Of a stretch of 64,000 nucleotides of DNA, positions 25,807-36,714 are shown one piece after another. The DNA is taken from assembly GCA_046329115.1 (NCBI GenBank), contig JAXLVG010000002.1, forward strand, positions 3,714-67,713, in the 5' to 3' direction. Under the pieces are notes generated by a model that saw nothing but the letters and a program-made list of their open reading frames with translations, had not been told where the DNA came from and did no database searches. A program made the translations under genes and the position numbers. Each line of letters opens with the position of its first letter. Position 1 is the first letter of the stretch. Origin of the DNA: Flavobacteriales bacterium. Its GTDB lineage: Bacteria; Bacteroidota; Bacteroidia; Flavobacteriales_F; PHOS-HE28.

Positions 25807-26247
25807 ATGCACACGCCCGGCCGCATGATGGACCCTGCGGTGCCGCAAGCACCCCGCCTGTTCAAGGTGATCTGCGTGCTCACCATCCTGGGCAATATCG
25901 TCCTCATCCTCGTCAACCTGTTCAAGGCCGGCATGCTGTGGATGGGTGCGGAGAACGGCAGCGTGGGCCAGGCCGCCATCGGGCCCCTCAAGACCTTGCT
26001 CGGCGTGGTGGTCCTCACCTGCGTGGGGGCCGCCATCGGTGCCGCGTTGATGCTGTGGGGCCGCCGGCTGGGCTTCCGCATCTACGCGGTATCCAACATC
26101 GTGCACCTCTTCGCCACCGCGGCCGTCATGCTGCTGTGGCTCATGACGGTCTACCTATCGGTCATCGGCGTGCTGCTCTTCTTCTACGCCTTCATCCCGC
26201 TGGGCTTCCTGCTGTACTTCTGGCGGAACGCGGCGTGGTTGCGGTAA
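25807..26247 (+). CDS. Integral membrane protein (about 4 TM helices), unknown function
   Basis: Hydrophobic segments VICVLTILGNIVLILVNLF, LLGVVVLTCVGAAIGAALMLW, IVHLFATAAVMLLWLMTVYLSVIGVLLFFYAFIPLGFLLYFW. Confidence 0.5.
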   Translation: MHTPGRMMDPAVPQAPRLFKVICVLTILGNIVLILVNLFKAGMLWMGAENGSVGQAAIGPLKTLLGVVVLTCVGAAIGAALMLWGRRLGFRIYAVSNIVHLFATAAVMLLWLMTVYLSVIGVLLFFYAFIPLGFLLYFWRNAAWLR

Positions 26248-26328
26248 TGCGGGACAAGGCCGGCCGAAGGGATGGGCGCCCGGCACAGGCGAGCGGCGGG
26301 TGGCCGGCACCAACGGCCGCATCGGCGC

Positions 26329-26883
26329 TCACTGGAAGCTCATGATCAGGTGAACGGCTCCGGCCGGGATCGCCGGCTCCTTGATCGCTTCGATGATCCC
26401 GTGCTCCAGCGCGAAAGCCACATCCTTCCCCTCGCCCTGACTGAACAAGCCCTCCAGCGCCTCCTTCGTCAGCCTGGAGCGGGTGCTGATGGTCCCCATG
26501 ATGCGGTTCTCCATGCCTTCACAGCGGCTCAGCGTTTCCTTGAGGGCGTTCCGGTTCATGGGGCCGCGCACGTTCATGGCCACGCCGTGGAAATGGAACG
26601 AAGCATTGGGCGAGGCGAACCGCTGCGCGCCGCTCAGGAAGATCACGTTCGCGATGGAGTCGATGTTGCCGATGTTGTGCATGGTGACCTGCATGCCCCC
26701 CTGGAGCGCCTGGAGGAAGTTGTAGAGCACGAAGCCCGAGTCCACATCCCCGCCGTTGGAGGCGATCATGAAGTAGAGCTCATCCGGCTTGTGCTCGTTC
26801 ACCGCGTTGGTGCAGAAGGTGATGAACTTGTTCACCAGTGCCTTATCGATGCCACCAACGAAGGTGAGGTAAACGGTCTTCAT
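26329..26883 (-). CDS. ClpP/crotonase-fold (Clp protease-like) family protein
   Basis: VYLTFVGGIDKALVNKFITFC...ELYFMIASNGGDVDSGFVLYNFLQ... resembles the ClpP N-terminal region (I.L.G.I....A.....L...........I.INSPGG.V.AG.AIYD). It is cytoplasmic. Confidence 0.45.
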   Translation of the reverse strand: MKTVYLTFVGGIDKALVNKFITFCTNAVNEHKPDELYFMIASNGGDVDSGFVLYNFLQALQGGMQVTMHNIGNIDSIANVIFLSGAQRFASPNASFHFHGVAMNVRGPMNRNALKETLSRCEGMENRIMGTISTRSRLTKEALEGLFSQGEGKDVAFALEHGIIEAIKEPAIPAGAVHLIMSFQ

Positions 26884-27085
26884 GGTGGTGCGGGTTGGTG
26901 GTACGGGAAAAGGGCGCTACCGCAATTTACGCAGCCGCACCCGTAACACTGCCGTACCCTGCGTGATGCTCAGCGGAACATCGCGGTTCAAGCCGCGGTC
27001 TTTCACCTATGGCGTTGTGACCTCGCAGTACCGCGCCCCTTCCTCTCCCTCGGCCGCGCCGCCTAAGGCACACCCCCACGAACGG

Positions 27086-27120
27086 AAAAACCCCGGCACA
27101 TCGGCCGGGGTTCTTCGTTG
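27086..27120 (-). terminator. Rho-independent terminator of the HxlR gene
   Basis: Stem aaccccggc / gccggggtt with loop acatcg. The minus strand has a T-tract (gtttttcc) after the hairpin. Confidence 0.55.
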
Positions 27121-27135
27121 TTGGTCGCTCCGGTC

Positions 27136-27465
27136 TCACGCCTTGCCCTCCAGCGAGCGCAGCAGCGCGATGGTCTCCCCGCCCTTGGTGGTGAGGGCGT
27201 ACTCCACGTGCAGGGGTTTCAGGCGCAGCACCGCACGCTGCAGCAGGCCATCGTGCTCCAGCTCGCGCAGGGCGTTGGTGAGCGCCTGCCGGTTGCTGTC
27301 CGGCAGGGCGCGGTGCAGCGCGTTGAAGCGCAGGGGGCCTTCGGCGGCCAGGCGCAGGATCTGCGGCTTCCACTTGCCGGCGATGCTGCGCAGGGCCTGC
27401 TCGGCAGGGCATTCCGCCACGCCCGGGGTGGTCAACTCCGCTTGACCTCTTGCAGCCTTCTTCAT
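27136..27465 (-). CDS. HxlR-family winged-helix transcriptional regulator
   Basis: CPAEQALRSIAGKWKPQILRLAAEGPLRFNALHRALPDSNRQALTNALRELEHDGLL. The long upstream ORF extension is an opposite-strand artefact. Confidence 0.8.
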   Translation of the reverse strand: MKKAARGQAELTTPGVAECPAEQALRSIAGKWKPQILRLAAEGPLRFNALHRALPDSNRQALTNALRELEHDGLLQRAVLRLKPLHVEYALTTKGGETIALLRSLEGKA

Positions 27466-27498
27466 GCGCCGGGATCTTTGCCCCGCAAAGCTACCGGC

Positions 27499-28497
27499 AT
27501 GCGGCACGTCCCCATCACCACAGCCCTCCTGACCGCCTTCGGCCTGGCCGCCTGCGCACAACCCACCGCACCCCCAACCATGTCCAACGCCCTGCTCTGC
27601 GACACCCTTACCGGTGCCTGCTCCGTGCCCGACCATGGCCCCGGGCAGCACGCGGCCGCCACACCGCCGCCACCCGCCACGGCCATCAAGCCCATCACCC
27701 TGCTCTACTTCACCGACCCCATCTGCAGCAGCTGCTGGGGCACCGAACCGCAATTGCGCCGCCTGAAGGCCGCGTACGGCGATGCCATCGATATCCAGTA
27801 CCACATGGGCGGCCTGCTGCCCGGCTGGGATGTGTACAACAGCGGCGGCATCAGCAAGCCCGGCGATGTGGCGGGGCATTGGGACGAGGTGAGCCCGCAC
27901 TACCGCATGCCCATCATCGGCGATGTGTGGCTGGAGGATCCCCTGCCCAGCAGCTATCCGCCCAGCATCGCCTTCAAGGCCGCCGAACTGCAGGACCCGG
28001 CCAAGGCGCTCCTCTTCCTGCGCCGCATGCGCCAACAGGTGTTCATGGAGAAGAAGAACATCACCCGGTGGCCGGTGATCGCCGAAGCCGCCCTGTACGC
28101 CGGGTTGGACACGGCCAAGCTCCACACCGACTTCAACGGTGCGGCCAACGCGCTCTTCCAGGTGGACCTCACGCTGGCGCGATCGCTGGGCGTGCGCGGC
28201 TTCCCCACCTTCATCTTCAGCAACGCGGCCGGCGCACGACAGGTCGTGTACGGCGCACGGCCTTATGCACAGTTCGAGGCGGCCGTTAAGGCGATGGCTC
28301 CGGATGTGAAGGCCGCCGCCTTGCCGGGTGCCTTGAACGACCTGTTCAAGCTGCACGCATCGTGGTGCGCCGAAGAGGTGGCCGTGATGCTGGGCATCCC
28401 GCATGCCGAAGCCCTTGCACAACTGCAGCAGGCGGAGTCCGCCGGTACGCTGGTGGGCCTGCACACGCGGAACGGGAGCGTGTGGTGGAGGAAGTAG
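27499..28497 (+). CDS. DsbA/thioredoxin-fold oxidoreductase lipoprotein (CxxC = CSSC)
   Basis: Lipobox LTAFGLAAC. LLYFTDPICSSCWGTEPQLRRL...GFPTFIF. It is divergent from the HxlR gene with a 33 bp gap. Confidence 0.7.
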   Translation: MRHVPITTALLTAFGLAACAQPTAPPTMSNALLCDTLTGACSVPDHGPGQHAAATPPPPATAIKPITLLYFTDPICSSCWGTEPQLRRLKAAYGDAIDIQYHMGGLLPGWDVYNSGGISKPGDVAGHWDEVSPHYRMPIIGDVWLEDPLPSSYPPSIAFKAAELQDPAKALLFLRRMRQQVFMEKKNITRWPVIAEAALYAGLDTAKLHTDFNGAANALFQVDLTLARSLGVRGFPTFIFSNAAGARQVVYGARPYAQFEAAVKAMAPDVKAAALPGALNDLFKLHASWCAEEVAVMLGIPHAEALAQLQQAESAGTLVGLHTRNGSVWWRK

Positions 28498-28528
28498 ATG
28501 CGTGGGTGCAGGCCATTCGCAGAACCCC

Positions 28529-30838
28529 CTACTTGCCCACGCGCGGCGCCGCCCCCAGCTCGAACAGCAGCTCCCCACCCGCCATCAGCTCGCCGTGCGT
28601 GATGTACGTGCGGTCCAGCAACTGGCCGTTGAGCTTCACGCCGCGCACGTAGACGTTCTTCGGCCCCTGGCCGGTGGTGCGCACGGTGAAGGTGTTGCCG
28701 TTGTCCAGCGGCAGGCTTGCGCGCTCCACCACGGGCGCGCCCAGCTCATACCGGTCGCTGCCGGGGCACAGGGGGTAGAAGCCCAGCGCGCTGAAGATGT
28801 ACCACGCGCTCATCTGCCCGCAATCGTCGTTGCCGCTGAGGCCGTCGGGCTTCGGCTTGTACATCGCATCCATCACCTGCCGCGTGCGCACACCGCTCAT
28901 CCACGGGCGGTCCGTATAGTTGTAGAGGTAGGGCACGTGGTGGCTGGGCTCGTTGCCGTGCACGTAGTTGCCCAGGATGCCGTCGCGCGTGATGTCCTCG
29001 GTCCGCGCGAAGTACTTGTCATCGAGCCGCATGGTGAAGAGCGAATCCAGGTGCTCACCGAAGCGCTTCGGGCCACCCATCAGCGCTGCGAGCGCCACCG
29101 GCTCGTGCGGCACGTAGAGGCCGTAGTTCCACGCGTTGCCCTCGATGAAGCCTTTCTGGTGCGTGTCCAGCGGATCGAAGGCTTGCAGGAAGGAGCCGTC
29201 CGAAAGTCGCGGGCGCATGAAGCCGGATGCCGTGTCGAACACCTGCCGAAAGTTCCGGCTGCGCGCGTAGAACTCCTGCGCGATGTCGTCCCGGCCTGCG
29301 CGCTCCGCCAGGTGCGCGATGCACTGGTCATCGTAGGCATACTCCAGCGTCTTGGACACGCTGGACCCGCTGCGGTCCTCGGGAACAAAACCACGTTCCA
29401 TGTAGTCGCCCAGCCCCTCGAAGTAGGGCACCTGGGCCGTGGAGATACATGCCTCCAGCGCTTTGCTCTTGTCAAAGCCGGTGATGCCCTTGATCTCCGC
29501 ATCCGCGATCACGCTCACGGCGTGGTAGCCGATCATGCACCAGTTCTCGTTGGCGTGGTGGCTCCAGATGGGCAGCATGTGGTGCGCACTCTGGTCGTAG
29601 TGCGCCAGCATGGAGTTGATCAGGTCGCCGCTGCGTTCGCGCTGGATGATGTTGAAGAGCGGATGCAGCGCGCGGTAGGTGTCCCAGAGGGAGAACGTTG
29701 TGTAGTTCGTGAAGCCCTTCGCCCGGTGGATGTTCTGGTCCAGGCCGCGGTACTGGCCGTCCACATCCATGTACACGGTGGGCGAAAGGCAGGCGTGGTA
29801 CATGGCCGTGTAGAAGTTGGTGAGCACCTCCGGGCGCTTGCTCTCGATGCGGATGCGCGCCAGCTCCGTGCGCCAGGCCTCCTGCGTGGCCCGCACCACG
29901 CGGTCGAAGTCCCAATGCGGCACCTCGGCCTGCATGTTGGCCAGGGCGTCCTCGGTGCTCACGCTGCTCAGCGCCACCTTCACCAGCAACGTGGCGGCCG
30001 GCTTCAGGTCGAAGTCGAACCAGGCGCGCAGCTGCTTGCCGGCCATCTCTGGGAAGTCCCGCGTCTGGTCGAACTTCCGCCAAAAGCCCCGGTACTCGGT
30101 GGGGCGCGCATCCGGTTGCTGGCCGTAGTGCGTGATGCGCTCACTGAAGGCCATGGCGAAGTACACCGTGCGCGTGCGGCCCCAGCCGTTGGTCTGCCGG
30201 TAGCCCGTTACCAGCGTGTCGTTCTCGACGCGCACGAAGGTCCACACGTTCTTGTCCGCATGGTTGTAGATACCATGCACCAGGTCGAGGATCACATGCG
30301 CGCTGTCGCGCCGGGCGAACGCATAGCGGTGCATCCCCACCCGCGTGGTGGCGGTTAGCTCCGCCTTGATGCCGTGGTCCTCCAAAAGAACCGCGTACTT
30401 GCCGGGCACCGCCTGCTCGTTCCGGTGGTGGAACACGGAGCGGAACCCGCTCTTCGGGTCCGCTGCGGTGCCGGGGTTCAACTGCAGCGTGCCACTGGTC
30501 GGCATCAGCAGGATGTCACCCAGGTCCGAATGCCCCGTGCCGCTGAAGTGCGTGTGGCTGAAGCCCACGATGGTGCTGTCGTCATACTGATAGCCCGCGC
30601 AAGTACGGTACACGTCGGGGTTGTACTTCCCGCCCACGGCATACGGGAGGGTATCGGTGTCCGGGCTCAGCTGCACCATGCCGAAGGGCGCCGTGGCCCC
30701 GGGGTACACATGGCCCATGCGCTGCGTGCCGATCAAGGGGTCCACGTAGCGCAGCACATCATTGGCGACCTGTTGCGCAGTGGCCGGCAGCGCCATCCAA
30801 CACACCAGCACAGCAAGGCCTTGAGCTTTCCTTCCCAT
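28529..30838 (-). CDS. Glycoside hydrolase family 92 alpha-1,2-mannosidase-like protein
   Basis: Signal peptide. YVDPLIGTQRMGHVYPGATAPFGMVQLSPDT...GFSHTHFSGTG...HGNEPSHHVPYLY...GNDDCGQMSAWYIFSALGFYP. Confidence 0.85.
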   Translation of the reverse strand: MGRKAQGLAVLVCWMALPATAQQVANDVLRYVDPLIGTQRMGHVYPGATAPFGMVQLSPDTDTLPYAVGGKYNPDVYRTCAGYQYDDSTIVGFSHTHFSGTGHSDLGDILLMPTSGTLQLNPGTAADPKSGFRSVFHHRNEQAVPGKYAVLLEDHGIKAELTATTRVGMHRYAFARRDSAHVILDLVHGIYNHADKNVWTFVRVENDTLVTGYRQTNGWGRTRTVYFAMAFSERITHYGQQPDARPTEYRGFWRKFDQTRDFPEMAGKQLRAWFDFDLKPAATLLVKVALSSVSTEDALANMQAEVPHWDFDRVVRATQEAWRTELARIRIESKRPEVLTNFYTAMYHACLSPTVYMDVDGQYRGLDQNIHRAKGFTNYTTFSLWDTYRALHPLFNIIQRERSGDLINSMLAHYDQSAHHMLPIWSHHANENWCMIGYHAVSVIADAEIKGITGFDKSKALEACISTAQVPYFEGLGDYMERGFVPEDRSGSSVSKTLEYAYDDQCIAHLAERAGRDDIAQEFYARSRNFRQVFDTASGFMRPRLSDGSFLQAFDPLDTHQKGFIEGNAWNYGLYVPHEPVALAALMGGPKRFGEHLDSLFTMRLDDKYFARTEDITRDGILGNYVHGNEPSHHVPYLYNYTDRPWMSGVRTRQVMDAMYKPKPDGLSGNDDCGQMSAWYIFSALGFYPLCPGSDRYELGAPVVERASLPLDNGNTFTVRTTGQGPKNVYVRGVKLNGQLLDRTYITHGELMAGGELLFELGAAPRVGK

Positions 30839-30927
30839 GGTGCAAGGTTACCGCGTGCGCCTTCAGCGCGGCAGGTGAGGTCGCGCAGGACAAGAAGGGG
30901 CTTGCTCACAGCTACCGAGAGGCATAC

Positions 30928-30965
30928 GTCCATCAACGAAGAACCCCGGCCAAGGTGCCGGGGTT
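30928..30965 (-). terminator. Rho-independent terminator of asnS
   Basis: Stem aaccccggc / gccggggtt with loop caaggt. Its sequence is near-identical to the 27086-27120 terminator. Confidence 0.55.
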
Positions 30966-30998
30966 CTTTGTTGATGAGGGGCGCAGATCGACCGAACT

Positions 30999-32456
<1,458 letters not shown>

Positions 32457-32502
32457 GGCGTTCGGGCGGCAAAGATGGAACGCCGCCGCGTTCGGCCACC
32501 CG

Positions 32503-33138
32503 CTACGCCAGTCCCTTGCGGATCGCCAGCGCCACCGCCTCACTCGCGCTTTGCACACGCAGCTTGGCGTACACGTTGCTCACGTGCTTGTTCACCGTGG
32601 CATACGCGATGTTCAGGTCGCTGGCGATGTGCTTGTAGGTGTGCCCCAGCACCAGCAGGTTCAGGATCTGGCGCTCGCGCTCGCTCAGGTGGAACTCATC
32701 GGAGGAGGCCGGTGCGGGGCCGTGCTTCATCAGCTTCAGCACGCGGCGCGCGATGCTCGGCGTCATGGGCGCACCGCCCTCGAGCACCTCCCGGATGCCC
32801 TCGATCAGCCGCATGGGCTCCGTCTGCTTCAGGAAGTAGCCGTCCGCCCCGGCGCTGATGGCGGCGAAGATCCGGGCATCGTCCTCGATCACCGTGAGCA
32901 TGATGATGGGCAGCTGCGGAAAGCGCGCCCGCAGCAGGGCGGCCGCCTGCACGCCATCCACGCCCGGCATGTCGATGTCCATCAGCACCACCTGCGGCGT
33001 GCAGCCCTCCACATCGCGGATGGCGTTGCGGGCGCTGGGGAAGGCCCCCACGCACTCCAGGTCGGTCACTGAACCGATCACAGCCTCCAGCCCCTCGCGT
33101 TGCGCGCGGCTGTCGTCGAAAAGGGCGACGCGGATCAT
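32503..33138 (-). CDS. NarL/LuxR-family response regulator
   Basis: MIRVALFDDS...VVLMDIDMPGVDG..., then LSERERQILNLLVLGHTYKHIASDLNIAYATVNKHVSNVYAKL. Confidence 0.85.
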   Translation of the reverse strand: MIRVALFDDSRAQREGLEAVIGSVTDLECVGAFPSARNAIRDVEGCTPQVVLMDIDMPGVDGVQAAALLRARFPQLPIIMLTVIEDDARIFAAISAGADGYFLKQTEPMRLIEGIREVLEGGAPMTPSIARRVLKLMKHGPAPASSDEFHLSERERQILNLLVLGHTYKHIASDLNIAYATVNKHVSNVYAKLRVQSASEAVALAIRKGLA

Positions 33139-33186
33139 GGGGGCAAAGGTCCGCACGGGGTGGCGGCGCGGCAATACCTGAGTTCA

Positions 33187-36100
33187 CTACCTGCGCAGTT
33201 GGAACCGCAATGTGATGACCGTGCCGCCCACCGGCCCGTTCGTCACCTCCACGGCGCCCCCCACCTCCTGTGCCCGCCGCTGCATGTTCCCCAGGCCGTT
33301 GCCGCCCAGTGTGTCCTTCGGCAGATCGGCCGTGGCGAATCCCTGGCCATCGTCCTCCACGGTGAGCAGCAGCTCGCCGCGCTCCTCCCGCAGGGCCACA
33401 CGGATGCGTGTGCAGTGCGCGTGCCGCACGGCGTTGGCCACCGCCTCCTTGAACACCAGGTAGAGGCTCTTGCGCTCTTCCATGCCCAGGCGTTGCACCA
33501 GCAAGGGGGCCGGCGCATCGAAGGCCAGCGCGATGCCCGCGGCCTCGCACAGGGGCTGTGCGTAGGCGCGCATGCGGTGCAGCACGTCCTCCAGCGCATC
33601 GTTGCCGCTGTTCACGCTCCACACGATGTCGTTCATGCCCTCCAACGCGGCCTTGCTGTTCTCGGCGATGCGCTGCAGCATGGTATCGGCGCGCCCGGCG
33701 AGCACGTTGCTGTTGCGCACCGCCGTGGTGAAGAGCACGTTGCTGCTCAGGCGGCTGCCCACCTCGTCGTGCAGGTCGCGTGCGATGCGGTCGCGCACGC
33801 GGATCACCTCGCGCAGGCGCTGCATCCGGTAGCGGAAGAAGGCGTACACCGTGCCAGCGACCAACAGCACGCATGCGGCGATGAACCACCAGCGCAGGTA
33901 GAAGGGCCGCAGCACGACCACGTGCATGCGCAGCTCATCGTTGGTCCACCGGCCCTCGGCATCCATGGCGCGCAAGCGCAGCAGGTGTTCGCCATACGGC
34001 AGCGAAACGAAACGCAGGTGCGGATCGGCCTGCACGTTCCAATCGTTGTCGATGCCATCGATGCGGTAGGCATAGCGCACCTGCGACGGCGGATCGTAGC
34101 TGAGCAGCGCGAGGTCGAGCGTGAAATAGCGATCGTTCGGTCGCATGATCAGCATGTTGCCTGCGGTCACTTCATCCGTGAGGTCGGTGGCCCCGGCGTC
34201 ATCACCGTGTTGTAGCTGCACCCGTTTCAACACCAGCGGCGCCGGCCGTTCATCGGTGTTGCTCGTGAAGTCCTGCGGATCGAAGGCCGTGATGCCGTTC
34301 AGCCCACCGAAGTAGAGCCGGCCATCATCGCCTTGGGCGTGCGCGATGCGGTTGAACTCGTCCGAAGCGATGCCGTTCGCTGTGGTGATTACCGTGACCT
34401 GTCCGGTGCTCGGCCGGTAGCGCACCAGGCCACCGTTGCTCGGCAGCCAGAGCCAGCCGGCCTCATCCGGATACACCGCGTGGATGCTCGCGGAGGGAAG
34501 TCCTTCGCGCGGACCGATCTCGCGCAGTTCGCCCGTGCGGCGGTCCCAACGCAGCAGCCCGCGCGTGCCTGTGGCCAGCCAATGCAGGCCGGCGCTGTCC
34601 ACGTACACGTGGCGGATGTCGTCCGTGGGGAGCACGTGCGCGGCATCCTTCGCGCGGTCGGCACCGGTCCACCAGCGGTCCAGCACTTCGCCGTTCGCGT
34701 CAAGCTCAAAGAGCCCGGCATCGGTGCAGGCGAGGATCCGTCCGTTGTGCGCACGCGATAGATGAACGATGCGCGCGTCGTCGAACATGCTGTGTTGCGC
34801 ATGGATGATGCGATCGACACTGTCCGCCTGCGCCACACGGAACAGGCCGCGATCACTTCCGGCGAACACGCTGCCATCGGGTGCCGACACCAAGCTCCAC
34901 ACCAACCGCCCGGCGCTGTTCACCGTGCGGAGCACACGTCCGTCCGCATCCTCATGCACGATCGTGCGCGCCTGTGCGCGCCACACACCGCCGTGTCCAT
35001 CCGGCACCAACGCCAAGCGCACCACGCGCGCGGTGTCGCTGCGCAGCACGGCACCGGTGCGGGCGTCCAGCACGAAGTAGCCTTCCATGTCCGTGTTCAC
35101 GTACACGCGTTCGTGCTGCACCACCAGACCGCGTATACGTTTACCGAAGGCCTGTTTCAACTGCGGCTCATGCAACAGCCGCTGGAAGCGGTCCGGTTGC
35201 AGGGTGAGCTTGAAGAGCCCGAAATCCGTGGCCAGCCAGATGTGGCCGAGACGGTCGCGCAAAGCGTCGTTCACCATGAACGAGGCTTCCGGGTACCGCG
35301 CAGCGAGGTCAAAGAGCGTATCAGCCAGCAACGGATCGGTGCCGGGCGACCAGCTGCGCACGGCGGTGCCCAGCAACCAGGTACGCTCCGTGATCGGCAT
35401 GGCCAAACTGCCCCACTTCACGTCGGAAGGCAAAGCGGCATGCCGGCCCAAACTGGTCGCATGGCCTTCGCGGTCCACCAACAGCACCTGCACGCCGTCC
35501 GGTGTGCGTTGCAATACGTAGGTGCCCGGTGTACCGGGCGTGGAACGAAGATCCAGTCCGCGAAGCGGAGCGCCGGCCACCGCGCTGTAGCGGCCGAGCA
35601 CCTCGGCACGGTCTCCGTTCAACCGCAGGTGCACCAGATCGAACTCGTTGGTGGTGCGGCACCAGCACAAGAGCTGTCCATCGTCGTCCAGGCGCACGGG
35701 TTCCAGCAGGCAATGGCCATCGTTGCGCGTGGGCGTGGGTCCGCGGCGCGGTGCGGGATAGCCGGCCACCGTGAGGTCGATGGTGCGGAAGCCTTCCGCG
35801 CTGTTGCGGTACAGCACGAAGCCGCCCCACACGCCGAGCGCGATGGTGCCATTGGGCGATGCGGCCCAGGCGCGCAGCGGTTCGCTCAACGCGGGGGGCA
35901 GGGCGGCGCCGAAATGATCGCGCGCGGGCTGTGCCTGGCCGGTGCGCGGATCGAGCACATCGAGCGCGCCGTTGGTGTGGGGTACCCACAAGAGGCCGTC
36001 GCCATCGCGCATCACACCTTCCGGTGAATCAGTGCTGAGGCCGTTGGTGCGCGTGAGCAGATCGAAGGCGCGGCCATCGAAGCGCGCGAGGCCGAGCGGT

Positions 36101-36282
36101 GTGGCCGCCCACACGAAGCCGCGGTCGTCCTGCGCCAGGCCCAGCACGCGCCGGTCCGGCAGGCCGTTCTCCACGCCGTACCGTTCTGCGGAGAAAAGGA
36201 ACGCGGCGCTGTCGCGCTCCTGCGCGCGACCGGTCACGCCTGCGAGCCACGCACACAGCAGGAAGAGCGCTCGCCGCCGCAT
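33187..36282 (-). CDS. Two-component-regulator propeller / Y_Y_Y domain sensor histidine kinase (HisKA_3 + HATPase_c)
   Basis: Signal peptide MRRRALFLLCAWLAGVTGRAQ. Periplasmic propeller repeats (LWVPHTNGALDVLD, IWLATDFGLFKL, LWLPSNGGLVRYRP...). A Y_Y_Y-like region (YAYRIDGIDNDWN...), a TM helix, then RDLHDEVGSRLSS and HATPase motifs. It lies upstream of the RR 32503-33138. Confidence 0.85.
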   Translation of the reverse strand: MRRRALFLLCAWLAGVTGRAQERDSAAFLFSAERYGVENGLPDRRVLGLAQDDRGFVWAATPLGLARFDGRAFDLLTRTNGLSTDSPEGVMRDGDGLLWVPHTNGALDVLDPRTGQAQPARDHFGAALPPALSEPLRAWAASPNGTIALGVWGGFVLYRNSAEGFRTIDLTVAGYPAPRRGPTPTRNDGHCLLEPVRLDDDGQLLCWCRTTNEFDLVHLRLNGDRAEVLGRYSAVAGAPLRGLDLRSTPGTPGTYVLQRTPDGVQVLLVDREGHATSLGRHAALPSDVKWGSLAMPITERTWLLGTAVRSWSPGTDPLLADTLFDLAARYPEASFMVNDALRDRLGHIWLATDFGLFKLTLQPDRFQRLLHEPQLKQAFGKRIRGLVVQHERVYVNTDMEGYFVLDARTGAVLRSDTARVVRLALVPDGHGGVWRAQARTIVHEDADGRVLRTVNSAGRLVWSLVSAPDGSVFAGSDRGLFRVAQADSVDRIIHAQHSMFDDARIVHLSRAHNGRILACTDAGLFELDANGEVLDRWWTGADRAKDAAHVLPTDDIRHVYVDSAGLHWLATGTRGLLRWDRRTGELREIGPREGLPSASIHAVYPDEAGWLWLPSNGGLVRYRPSTGQVTVITTANGIASDEFNRIAHAQGDDGRLYFGGLNGITAFDPQDFTSNTDERPAPLVLKRVQLQHGDDAGATDLTDEVTAGNMLIMRPNDRYFTLDLALLSYDPPSQVRYAYRIDGIDNDWNVQADPHLRFVSLPYGEHLLRLRAMDAEGRWTNDELRMHVVVLRPFYLRWWFIAACVLLVAGTVYAFFRYRMQRLREVIRVRDRIARDLHDEVGSRLSSNVLFTTAVRNSNVLAGRADTMLQRIAENSKAALEGMNDIVWSVNSGNDALEDVLHRMRAYAQPLCEAAGIALAFDAPAPLLVQRLGMEERKSLYLVFKEAVANAVRHAHCTRIRVALREERGELLLTVEDDGQGFATADLPKDTLGGNGLGNMQRRAQEVGGAVEVTNGPVGGTVITLRFQLRR

Positions 36283-36339
36283 GCCGCAAGATATCCGCAC
36301 AACGTCCATACTTCCCGCACACAGGTGCTCACACAACGC

Positions 36340-36650
36340 CACACATTCACTCCGTGCCTCCGTGTGAACCCGCATTCGCATTTCTCCGTGCCTCCGTGTC
36401 TCCGTGTGAGCCCTCTCCTCCCTCCGTGGGTCCGTGTGACCTCGGCATTCCCTCCGTGTCCCCGTGCCTCCGTGTGAACCCGCATTCGCATTTCTCCGTG
36501 TCTCCGTGCCTCAGTCTGAGCCTGTATTCGCATTCTCCTTGCGTCCACATTCGCATTTCTCCGTGCCTCCGTGTGAACCCGCATTCGCATTTCTCCGTGT
36601 CTCCGTGCCTCCGTGTGAGCTCATGTCCACCGTGCCTCCTTCCCCCAGGT
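36340..36650. repeat. CTCCGTG-rich degenerate direct-repeat block in a divergent intergenic region
   Basis: Three copies of about 34-40 nt (ccgtgcctccgtgtgaacccgcattcgcatttctccgtg) at about 36350, 36462 and 36566. The intervening sequence is built from the same ctccgtg and attcgcatt submotifs. Confidence 0.8.
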
Positions 36651-36714
36651 AGTGGAATCACCCATTGACGCGCATTCGCCCGGCGTGGTGCTTTGTAGGA
36701 CCATCCTCCGCACC

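Noticed and set aside
30839-30998. Search for tRNA/ncRNA genes in the larger intergenic gaps (30839-30998, 25321-25439, 26884-27135, 56456-56797).
   Set aside because: No tRNA T-loop or anticodon-arm signatures were seen. The gaps are explained by terminator hairpins and promoter regions.
36340-36650. Possible CRISPR array (direct repeats of about 35-40 nt).
   Set aside because: The spacers are built from the same submotifs as the repeats and are not unique. Repeat length and spacing are irregular. No cas genes are nearby.
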